DNA of 24,000 nt from Candidatus Geothermarchaeales archaeon (GTDB lineage: Archaea > Thermoproteota > Nitrososphaeria > Geothermarchaeales > JAUWBL01): NCBI GenBank assembly GCA_046757245.1, contig JBHHXX010000009.1, positions 1-24,000 of the forward strand, read 5' to 3'. The notes under the pieces were generated by a model. It was not told the origin of the DNA, did not search any database, and saw only the letters and a program-made list of their open reading frames with translations. This document shows positions 15,490-22,845 of this stretch, in pieces. Position 1 is the first letter of the stretch. Every line of letters begins with the position of its first letter. A program made the translations under genes and the position numbers.

Positions 15490-16923
15490 TCATCGTCCAG
15501 ATGGTTTTGGCTTAATCTTATAGATGGTTTCGTCACCGATGTCTTGGAGTTCCACGCCTAACTTGCTCAACTCCCCCCTTATTAGGTCGCTTAGCTCATA
15601 GTCCTTCCTCTCCCTCAGCTTCCGCCTTACCTCGATGATGAGTTTGATCATTGCCTCGACGTCCGCCTCAACCCTCCTCTCCTCCTCCAAAACCCCGAAG
15701 ATCTTCGAGACGTCTCCGAAAAACCCCAAAATCTTCTCAAGCGTCTCCCTGCTCCTAGGCTCCTCGAGGAATTTGTTGACCTCGCCGCTGAGTTCATATA
15801 CGGCTGAGAGGGCCATGGGCGTGTTGAAGTCATCGTCCAGGGCCTCCTCGAATCTAGTTTTAAGCCTTCTCAGCTTCTTGACGAAGTCTCCTTCTTCGTC
15901 GGATCGACCTCCGGGTTGCTTGAGGCTCCTCTTGACTCTGTCCAGGGTCTCGTAGAGCCCCTCTAGGGATTTCTCCGCCTGCTCCAAGGCCTCCTCGCTG
16001 TAGTCCACGGGGCTCCTGTAGTGGGTGGAGAGGAAGAAGAGCCTGAGAGTCTCAGCCCCATGCCTCTTCAGGACCTCCTTGATGGGGATGATGTTCCCGA
16101 GGGACTTTGACATCTTCTCACCCCTAATGTTGAGGAAACCGGTATGAATCCAATATCTTGCGAGGGGCTTGCCCGTGGCGCCCTCGGATTGAGCCCTTTC
16201 ATTCTCGTGGTGGGGGAAGAGGAGATCGCTCCCTCCACCGTGGATGTCGAAGGTTTCCCCCAAATACTTCATGCTCATGGCGGAGCACTCGATGTGCCAA
16301 CCCGGCCTCCCCGGGCCCCAGGGACTATTCCAAGAAGGCTCCCCTGTCTTAGCGGACTTCCAGAGGGCGAAGTCCAAGGGGTTCCTCTTCTTCTCCCCGG
16401 GCTCCACCCTTGCACCCGCCCTCAGCCTCTCGATGGTCTGACCTGAGAGGGAGCCGTAGCCCTCGAACTTGTTCACGTCGTAGTACACGTCCCCGTCGAC
16501 GACGTAAGCTTTCCCTCGGTCGATGAGCTTCTGGATGAGCTCGCTCATCTCTAGAATGTGACCTGTAGCCCTGGGTTGAACGTCTGGGGGCCTAACCTTC
16601 AACGCCTCCATGTCCTCGTAATAGGATCTGGTGAAGGTCTCGGCGAGTTCAGCGACAGATATGCCCTCCCGGTTGGCTCTCGCCACCATCTTGTCGTCCA
16701 CGTCCGTGATATTCTGAACATACTTCACTTTGTATCCCCTGTGTTCGAGGTAGCGCACCATGATGTCGAAGGCCAGGTAGGTCCTCGCGTGGCCGATGTG
16801 GGAGTGGTCGTAGACGGTGGGCCCGCACACGTATATCCCCACCTCACCCTTTTTTACGGGTTTGAACTCCTCCTTCCTCTTCGTCACCGTGTTGTATATC
16901 CTCAGCATTTCTGACATTAACAA
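15490..16923 (-). CDS. cysS: Cysteinyl-tRNA synthetase
   Basis: The class I signatures HIGHARTY (HIGH) and KMSKSLGN (KMSKS) are present, plus the CysRS-typical MLRIYNTVT.., CGPTVYD and WHIECSAM (Zn ligands). The likely start is M6 at 16908. Confidence 0.95.
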   Translation of the reverse strand: MLMSEMLRIYNTVTKRKEEFKPVKKGEVGIYVCGPTVYDHSHIGHARTYLAFDIMVRYLEHRGYKVKYVQNITDVDDKMVARANREGISVAELAETFTRSYYEDMEALKVRPPDVQPRATGHILEMSELIQKLIDRGKAYVVDGDVYYDVNKFEGYGSLSGQTIERLRAGARVEPGEKKRNPLDFALWKSAKTGEPSWNSPWGPGRPGWHIECSAMSMKYLGETFDIHGGGSDLLFPHHENERAQSEGATGKPLARYWIHTGFLNIRGEKMSKSLGNIIPIKEVLKRHGAETLRLFFLSTHYRSPVDYSEEALEQAEKSLEGLYETLDRVKRSLKQPGGRSDEEGDFVKKLRRLKTRFEEALDDDFNTPMALSAVYELSGEVNKFLEEPRSRETLEKILGFFGDVSKIFGVLEEERRVEADVEAMIKLIIEVRRKLRERKDYELSDLIRGELSKLGVELQDIGDETIYKIKPKPSGR

Positions 16924-17070
16924 TTATCATGACATGGTATTTAGTTTTTCAACACGTGAATTATCCCCTGTTTAAAACGATTAAGATAAAAACAGAGTAA
17001 AATGGAAAATTCCACATCTCCACTCTATCTAGGATGGTTTCAGAGCTTAATCTAACACTCAATTCATTGG

Positions 17071-18852
17071 TTATTCTACGATGAGTTCAACGAGTCGGAG
17101 CTTTTCCACGTCAACCAGTCCCTTATCCGTTATCCTCAGCCTTGGGATGACAGCGAGGGGCAAGAAACTCAGATGCATGAAAGGCGACCTCAAACCCACC
17201 TGAAGGCTTCGAGCCGCCTCATCTAGCCTCACGAGATCCTCGGCGACTTCCTCCACGCCTCTCTCTGACATCAGACCAGCGACCTCCAATTTGAGTAGAG
17301 CCAAAACCTTCCCATCCTTCACGACAACTTGGCCTCCCCCTACCTCCCTCAAGGCGTTGACGGCTAGAGCCATGTCTCTATCGCAGATGCCGAGGGCCGT
17401 GATGTTGTGTGCGTCATGCCCCACACTCGAAGCCATGGCCCCCGCCTTTACGCCAAAGCCTTGAACGAAGCCTAGGCCGATGTAGCCAGTCCCTCTATGC
17501 CTCTCGACAACGGCGATCTTCGCCACGTCTCGCCCCGGATCAACCCTCAGAAACCCATTCTCAACTTCAAGTGTGAGAATCCTATGCTCCGTTAAAACCC
17601 TATCTTCCCTTACCCCGATGACCCTCACCTCGACGCATCGAGAGCTCCGTGGACCTCTAATCTCAAAGTTCTCAGGTTTCACTTCCCCGAGGTTCATCGT
17701 TTCCTTCGCGAATCGGGGGTATCGAGGCTCTCTAAGGGCGATGAGGAGTTTCCCCCTCGAGGCAACGGGTGCGCCGTCAGCTATCACCATCTGAGCCCTG
17801 AAATCCTCGAGGCGATCCACGATGACGATGTCGGCCAGCCTGCCGGGTGCGATGCTCCCAACGTCTCCGTCGACTCGAAAGTGTTCAGCCGTGTTTATCG
17901 TAGCCATCTGAATGGCTCGAACCGGGTCGACGCCTTCCTCCACGGCCCTTCTCAAGACATGGTCCATGTGCCCTTCCCGGATGAGGTCTACCGGATGCCT
18001 GTCATCGGTCGCGAGCAGGCAGTGCCTCATATCCAACTCTTCCTTGAGGATCGGCTTTACCAACGCGGCTAGATCCTTTGCGGTGGAACCCTCCCTGATC
18101 TCCATCTTCATCCCGAGCCTAAGTTTTTGGAGGATCTCCTCGGGGGTAGAGGATTCGTGATCCGATGAGATTCCAGCGGCTACATAAGCGTTCAAAGCCC
18201 CGCCGAGGAGGAGAGGTGCGTGTCCCTCCACAACCCCCCTACTGGCGATGGTCACCTCCACCTCCCTAAACAGTTTCTCATCCTTGGAGAGGACACCTAG
18301 AAAATTCATGACCTCCGCGAGACCCACAGCCCTCTCGAACCCGAGTCCCTCTTCAACATCCCTCCAATCGATCTCGGCACCCGTGGTCTCCAAGCCCGGG
18401 GCCGAGGGCACACAGGATGGGATCTCCAGAAAGACCTTCAGAGGGAGGTCTCTGGCCTCTTTGTACATGAGTTTGACACCCCCCAAGCCTAGGACATTGG
18501 CGATCTCATGGGGGTCTATGAAGACGCTCGTGGTTCCGTGGGGTAGGACGGCCCTCGCGAACTGGGTGACGGTGATCATGGAGCTCTCGATGTGGACGTG
18601 GGCGTCAAGGAAACCGGGCACGAGGTAGCGCCCCTCAGCGTCTATGATCATGGTTCCGTCGCCGAGGCATCGATCGGCTTCTCCAACCAAGGCGATCCTC
18701 TTAGCCCTAACAGCGACATCTACGTCCTCAAGGATCTCGCCCGTATGAACGTTTACGAGGTTGCCACTCTTCACCACGAGGTCTGCGGCCGCTCTCCCTA
18801 GCGCAGTGTCTACGAGTTCTTTTCTTAAAGACGCGACGCCTCGTTGAATCAA
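17071..18852 (-). CDS. ade: Adenine deaminase (amidohydrolase superfamily)
   Basis: The metal-binding motif is PGFLDAHVHIESS. Also present are HGTTSVFIDPHEIANV, the ~590-aa length and two-domain layout typical of Ade, and C-terminal GHDAHNI. The start is TTG. Confidence 0.85.
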   Translation of the reverse strand: MIQRGVASLRKELVDTALGRAAADLVVKSGNLVNVHTGEILEDVDVAVRAKRIALVGEADRCLGDGTMIIDAEGRYLVPGFLDAHVHIESSMITVTQFARAVLPHGTTSVFIDPHEIANVLGLGGVKLMYKEARDLPLKVFLEIPSCVPSAPGLETTGAEIDWRDVEEGLGFERAVGLAEVMNFLGVLSKDEKLFREVEVTIASRGVVEGHAPLLLGGALNAYVAAGISSDHESSTPEEILQKLRLGMKMEIREGSTAKDLAALVKPILKEELDMRHCLLATDDRHPVDLIREGHMDHVLRRAVEEGVDPVRAIQMATINTAEHFRVDGDVGSIAPGRLADIVIVDRLEDFRAQMVIADGAPVASRGKLLIALREPRYPRFAKETMNLGEVKPENFEIRGPRSSRCVEVRVIGVREDRVLTEHRILTLEVENGFLRVDPGRDVAKIAVVERHRGTGYIGLGFVQGFGVKAGAMASSVGHDAHNITALGICDRDMALAVNALREVGGGQVVVKDGKVLALLKLEVAGLMSERGVEEVAEDLVRLDEAARSLQVGLRSPFMHLSFLPLAVIPRLRITDKGLVDVEKLRLVELIVE

Positions 18853-18896
18853 TCTCTTCTCATTTTAATTGAGATAGGAGGCTTAATTAATGGGAG

Positions 18897-19391
18897 TTGT
18901 TTGAATACTTTCACCGTTCTCTCCCACATGATTTAACAAGGGATAACTATCCTCTTCAATCTAATGGGGGGTGGGTAGTGGGTGGTATGTTATTAAAACT
19001 GTTTTATAACAGTGAGGTTGAGCCCTACAACTCGGATTTGACGACCATTTTAACCTTGATGAGGGAGGTGGATGAGAGGGGCGTCCCATGTGAGAGCATA
19101 GACACGAAGAACCTAGCCAAAAGCGAGTTGTTCAAGTATTATCTTCACGCGTGTACACCCTCAATCCATAAAAGGTATAAGATCCGAAGGATCTTTGGCA
19201 CGAGGAGGCAGAGCGGCATATTCTTTGGAAAAGAGCAGCCGGCCCTAATCGTGTACAAAAAGAGTAATAGGATACCCGACGACGTCTTCCCCCACGAGGC
19301 GTGTGGCCAAGTCAGGGGGATAGCGGATTTTCTAAGGAGGCTATTATTCGAGATAGGGGAAGGGAAGAAAATCCCGTTAGCCGAGGTTTAG
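18897..19391 (+). CDS. Hypothetical protein; first gene of a tight three-gene operon
   Basis: It is an intact ORF with coding-like composition. The track start is TTG. The ATG at 18987 (MLLKLFYNSE..) is preceded by a purine-rich GGGGGTGGGTAGTGGGTGG and is more plausible, giving 134 aa. I recognise no motif. The alternating beta/alpha propensity is loosely thioredoxin-fold-like, but there is no CxxC. Confidence 0.5.
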   Translation: MFEYFHRSLPHDLTRDNYPLQSNGGWVVGGMLLKLFYNSEVEPYNSDLTTILTLMREVDERGVPCESIDTKNLAKSELFKYYLHACTPSIHKRYKIRRIFGTRRQSGIFFGKEQPALIVYKKSNRIPDDVFPHEACGQVRGIADFLRRLLFEIGEGKKIPLAEV

Positions 19392-19395
19392 GGAG

Positions 19396-19878
19396 ATGAG
19401 TGAGGTGGAACTGAGGATAAAAGTTAACGGCCACGAAGTTGAGGTTAAGGGAAGCAGGGAAGACGTCATAGAGCTTCTTGAGAAAACCATGGAGTATGTC
19501 TCTCAGTTCAGGAGTTGGACGGCGCCCTCGATGAGAGAGACCCCGCCGGGAATGGGTGAGGTGAAGGGGGAGGAAAGGGTCTTGGGGGAGGAGTTGGCTG
19601 ACCTACCTCCCCCCATAGGGATAAGCCCCAAGGACTCAACCGCCACGATACTGCAAAAGTTGTTCTCATCGCCCTGGGCTTCGAGGCCCCGAGCCCTCAA
19701 GGAGGTTCTCGGAGCCCTCTCATCCCTCGGGCTTCACTACCCTAAGTCCACAGTTGCGGTCAACCTCACCCGGCTCGTCAAGAGAAACATCATAAGGAGA
19801 ATGAAGTCTAAGGAGAACGTATACCTGTATATACCAACGATTCCGCCAAGGGCGAGGGAATTGGAGCAAGAGTCGTGA
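19396..19878 (+). CDS. Small wHTH protein, family member P1 (N-terminal beta-rich module, Pro/Gly/Glu-rich linker, C-terminal winged helix)
   Basis: The N-terminus is VELRIKVNGHEVEVKGSREDVIELLEK. The C-terminus LFSSPWASRPRALKEVLGALSSLGLHYPKSTVAVNLTRLVKRNIIRR aligns with the 21253-21681 product (LWREGWFSEPRPLSEVCEELARRGYHYDRSAVSHALLDLTKEGVLSR). It starts 4 nt after the upstream gene. Confidence 0.6.
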   Translation: MSEVELRIKVNGHEVEVKGSREDVIELLEKTMEYVSQFRSWTAPSMRETPPGMGEVKGEERVLGEELADLPPPIGISPKDSTATILQKLFSSPWASRPRALKEVLGALSSLGLHYPKSTVAVNLTRLVKRNIIRRMKSKENVYLYIPTIPPRARELEQES

Positions 19879-19891
19879 GAGGCTGTGCGAG

Positions 19892-20407
19892 ATGAGCGTA
19901 AGTGAGATTTACGTGAGGATTGATTGGGAGGGAAATACACTCGAATTCAGAGGGGACCCCGAGAAGGTTGTGCGGGAGGTCGAGAGCTTCCTAATGAAAA
20001 CGATCCCCCAAATATCTTTGGCGAGGAAGATTCAAATCTCCATCGACGCCCAAGATCTAACCGACATAATTTCGCCTCTAGTGAGGGTGACGCCCACGGG
20101 CGAGGTCGTACTTCTGGTGGCCCACGATAAGGCGTCCCTCAGCGAAAGGGTCTTGATCTTTCTCATGGCCCAGAAGTTCCTCTTTTTGACGGGGATGTCC
20201 CGAGAAGACCATTTATCCCTTCAAGCCATAGCGTCCAAGGTTATAGCCTCCCAAAAGTCCACCTCATCTAGGCTCAGCGAACTCTACACCCGGGGTTTCA
20301 TCGAGAAGAAGAGGATTGACGGACAGATTCGATACTGGGTCACGGTTCAAGGTATCCTAGACTTCAAGCAGAGGAAGCTCCCCAAACTCCTCAAAAAGAT
20401 AGCCTAG
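19892..20407 (+). CDS. Small wHTH protein, family member P2 (same N-terminal module, MarR-like C-terminal winged helix)
   Basis: The N-terminus EIYVRIDWEGNTLEFRGDPEKVVREVESFL is parallel to P1 and P3. The C-terminus LSLQAIASKVIASQKSTSSRLSELYTRGFIEKKRIDGQIRYWVTVQG is a typical wHTH recognition helix plus wing. Confidence 0.6.
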   Translation: MSVSEIYVRIDWEGNTLEFRGDPEKVVREVESFLMKTIPQISLARKIQISIDAQDLTDIISPLVRVTPTGEVVLLVAHDKASLSERVLIFLMAQKFLFLTGMSREDHLSLQAIASKVIASQKSTSSRLSELYTRGFIEKKRIDGQIRYWVTVQGILDFKQRKLPKLLKKIA

Positions 20408-20549
20408 GCTCTTCGGCACCTTGAGCATCAAGGGGGGCGCGGTTAAGCAATAGGCCCATGGCGCATATAGCTCTCCTACGCAATGCGTCTGTGGCGGCTC
20501 AAACCCCGGGACTCTGTTGTAGAGCGTCTCTACTCGTTTTATCGGGTTC

Positions 20550-20594
20550 AATGGAGATAAAATCTCCATTTCGCTCGACGTTCTGGGGGTCGAG
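20550..20594. terminator. Two adjacent hairpins in the convergent gap between P2 and padR
   Basis: The first hairpin is AATGGAGAT-AAA-ATCTCCATT: a 9-bp perfect stem at 20550-20570, followed by a T-run in TTTCG on the plus strand. The second is CTCGAC-N9-GTCGAG at 20574-20594. The location suits bidirectional termination. Archaeal terminators usually depend on T-tracts, so function is uncertain. Confidence 0.3.
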
Positions 20595-20605
20595 AAGAGG
20601 TTTGA

Positions 20606-20959
20606 CTAGTGTTCCTTCAGCGCTCCTCTTTGAATCTTCGAGAGAGCCTTCAATAATATTTCCAAGGTTTCTGAACCCTTTTCGGTTAATAGATAGATCT
20701 TCTTCCGCTTCTTCTTTTTGACGTAGATTGATTGGCTTTTTATCAGCTCCTCCTTCTCTAGCGCATTTAGGCGGGGGTAAAGTGTGCCAGGGCTGATGAA
20801 CACTTGATGGCGTTCATAGATTTCTGTGATGATCCTATAGCCGTGCATGGGCTCCTCTTTGAGTAGACATAAAATGTGTATGTCCAAGAAGCTTTTGATG
20901 TATCTTTCTCGTATGGCGTTTGCGTATAAATTGAGAGTCGTATTATAACGGTATGTCAT
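20606..20959 (-). CDS. PadR-family transcriptional regulator
   Basis: LDIHILCLLKEEPMHGYRIITEIYERHQVFISPGTLYPRLNALEKEELIKS....KKIYLLTEKG is the canonical PadR wHTH signature (..GY.l......s.GtlYp.L..Le..G.i). Confidence 0.85.
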   Translation of the reverse strand: MTYRYNTTLNLYANAIRERYIKSFLDIHILCLLKEEPMHGYRIITEIYERHQVFISPGTLYPRLNALEKEELIKSQSIYVKKKKRKKIYLLTEKGSETLEILLKALSKIQRGALKEH

Positions 20960-21252
20960 TTGAACTAGAATCTCCCAAAAACCGTTATATTGAAACTTAT
21001 TTATTTAAATATTTGTGGAAAAGCCGATTTAATTAATATCGAAGTCAAATCGAGATATTTTCATAAAAATATTTATAAATCCGATTAAAACTAAAATCGT
21101 ATTTAGAAGATTTAGCCAGTTTAGGGCTATAGGTAAGGGACCTGAGGTCAACCAAAACATTAGTATGGAGAGCGGATCTCAGTGTGGCCCCTCAATTATT
21201 CACTTTAACGCTTTGAGGACACGTGCATAGGTCTTCATCTAGTTTTAAAAGC

Positions 21253-21681
21253 CTACTCGTGAAGACCCCGGCTGACGTTGGAGATCTCAACCTTTCTCGG
21301 AGTCTTCTGGACGTAACGATATTTCCTGGTCTTCCCCTGCCTACTCAAAACCCCCTCCTTGGTGAGGTCGAGTAGCGCGTGGGAGACGGCGCTCCTATCA
21401 TAGTGATAGCCCCTTCGGGCCAGTTCTTCACAGACTTCACTCAGGGGCCTCGGCTCAGAGAACCACCCCTCCCTCCAAAGATCCTCGATCACCTCTCTAC
21501 ACGTCGTGGGCGCTGACTCAGGGGTCTTCAGAGCCTTGATGCCCTCGATTACTTCTCGACCGCCCCTCATTCCTTTTAGTACGTCTTGGACGACTCTCTC
21601 CACCTGGGACTCCTCGCACTCAAGCTCCACCTCGACGCCCGCCATCTTCAGCTTTATCCTCACTGTTTTCTCCCCATTCAT
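21253..21681 (-). CDS. Small wHTH protein, family member P3; divergent from nurA
   Basis: The N-terminus TVRIKLKMAGVEVELECEESQVERVVQDVL matches the P1/P2 module. The C-terminal wHTH is homologous to P1 (see above). Confidence 0.6.
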   Translation of the reverse strand: MNGEKTVRIKLKMAGVEVELECEESQVERVVQDVLKGMRGGREVIEGIKALKTPESAPTTCREVIEDLWREGWFSEPRPLSEVCEELARRGYHYDRSAVSHALLDLTKEGVLSRQGKTRKYRYVQKTPRKVEISNVSRGLHE

Positions 21682-21703
21682 TTTTCATCTACCATGAGTT
21701 TTC

Positions 21704-21736
21704 TTGAACATATTGAACAACAGCAATTCTTAAATA
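21704..21736 (+). promoter_or_regulatory. Candidate nurA promoter/operator: tandem TTGAACA repeats plus a TATA-like box
   Basis: TTGAACA occurs at 21704-21710 and 21713-21719, with a 9-nt period. TTAAATA at 21730-21736 is centred ~24 nt upstream of the nurA ATG (21757), which is consistent with a leaderless archaeal transcript. Confidence 0.3.
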
Positions 21737-21756
21737 CATCCTATAATTAAATATTC

Positions 21757-22845
21757 ATGAACAAAATGATCAATAACACTATAAAAGTCTTTCGGAGGGA
21801 GGGGAAACCATTCAACAGCGACGTTCTAGAAAACATACCTCCAATAAAGAAGTTGGCCCAAACGGCAGAGTGGTTAGAGGGGGAATTGCTCATACCCCGC
21901 ACAACGATTTCAACATACTCCATTAGACCCCTCCTAACCCAAGGCCTCAAGGCGAATGGGGGCGATGCCAAGGTAACCAGGCTCAAGAGGCTTCCAGTCA
22001 GGAGGGAAGTCATAGGCATCGACTCCACCTCCATTCCCCTAGCTGAGAGTAGGAAGGGCATCCTCTTGGCCGCGAGGGCGACCCTGATCAGAAGGACGAT
22101 GAGGGGCTATGGGGTGGAGAGGATCGGACCCATCCTAGCCTACATCACTAATGAAACCTTGGCCGAGCTTAGGCATGAATTGATAGCTTCCTGGAGGATC
22201 ATACGTTTGGCCACGGTGGATCCTTGGTACTCAAAACAGATCGTTATGACCATTCTGGAGAAATGGCTCCTCTGGAGGGCGGCTTCAACGTCTAGTGACG
22301 CGATAATCTTGGTGGATGGTTCTCTGAGGCCCTCCGTCATCAAGCTGAGGAACTACACGATTCAAAGGATAATGGCGGAGGCGGAAGATAGGGGAAACAC
22401 CGTCATAGGGGTTTCAAAGAGGTCGAAGCTCTTCAGGTGGTGTCCAGAAAAGCTTTTGAAGCTAGTGGAGGAGCGACCTCCAGCGGTGGTGGAGGTACCA
22501 GAGGCGAAGAGATACTTGAAAAACGTCTTAGGCACCGTTTTTTTCACCCTCTTCTCCCGAGATGGGGCACCCCTCAGAACGGATGTACCGGAATATGGGG
22601 GGGAACCTCTACAGAAACTTGAGGAACTCTACTCCAACGATCTGTTCCAATCAGGCTATCCGGAGACCCTGAGACAGGCCCACGTCTTCTCCAAGCTTTC
22701 AAGGACCGAGAGGATCGGTCTGAGGCTGAACCTCAGACTTTTTAAGGCGAGACTATTGCCCTCGGAGAGGAATAGAGACGTCCTCTTTGGGGGCTTTTCT
22801 AGGGCTTCTGGGGAGTGGGGAGTGGGGGATGCGAATCTACGGTAA
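21757..22845 (+). CDS. nurA: NurA-domain 5'-3' nuclease
   Basis: NurA-type motifs appear in the expected order: VIGIDSTS (first catalytic Asp), ILVDGSL, VIGVSKRSK, and C-terminal SGYPETLRQAHVFSKL. Length is 362 aa. It is immediately followed and overlapped by a HerA-type ATPase gene. Confidence 0.7.
   Translation: MNKMINNTIKVFRREGKPFNSDVLENIPPIKKLAQTAEWLEGELLIPRTTISTYSIRPLLTQGLKANGGDAKVTRLKRLPVRREVIGIDSTSIPLAESRKGILLAARATLIRRTMRGYGVERIGPILAYITNETLAELRHELIASWRIIRLATVDPWYSKQIVMTILEKWLLWRAASTSSDAIILVDGSLRPSVIKLRNYTIQRIMAEAEDRGNTVIGVSKRSKLFRWCPEKLLKLVEERPPAVVEVPEAKRYLKNVLGTVFFTLFSRDGAPLRTDVPEYGGEPLQKLEELYSNDLFQSGYPETLRQAHVFSKLSRTERIGLRLNLRLFKARLLPSERNRDVLFGGFSRASGEWGVGDANLR

Noticed and set aside
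20357-20721. 70-aa (-) and 87-aa (+) ORFs in and around the P2/padR convergent gap
   Set aside because: They overlap the ends of better-supported genes and the hairpin region, and their composition is not coding-like. I also examined a T-loop-like GGGTTCAATGG at ~20544 as a possible tRNA, but no acceptor or T-stem complementarity exists around it.
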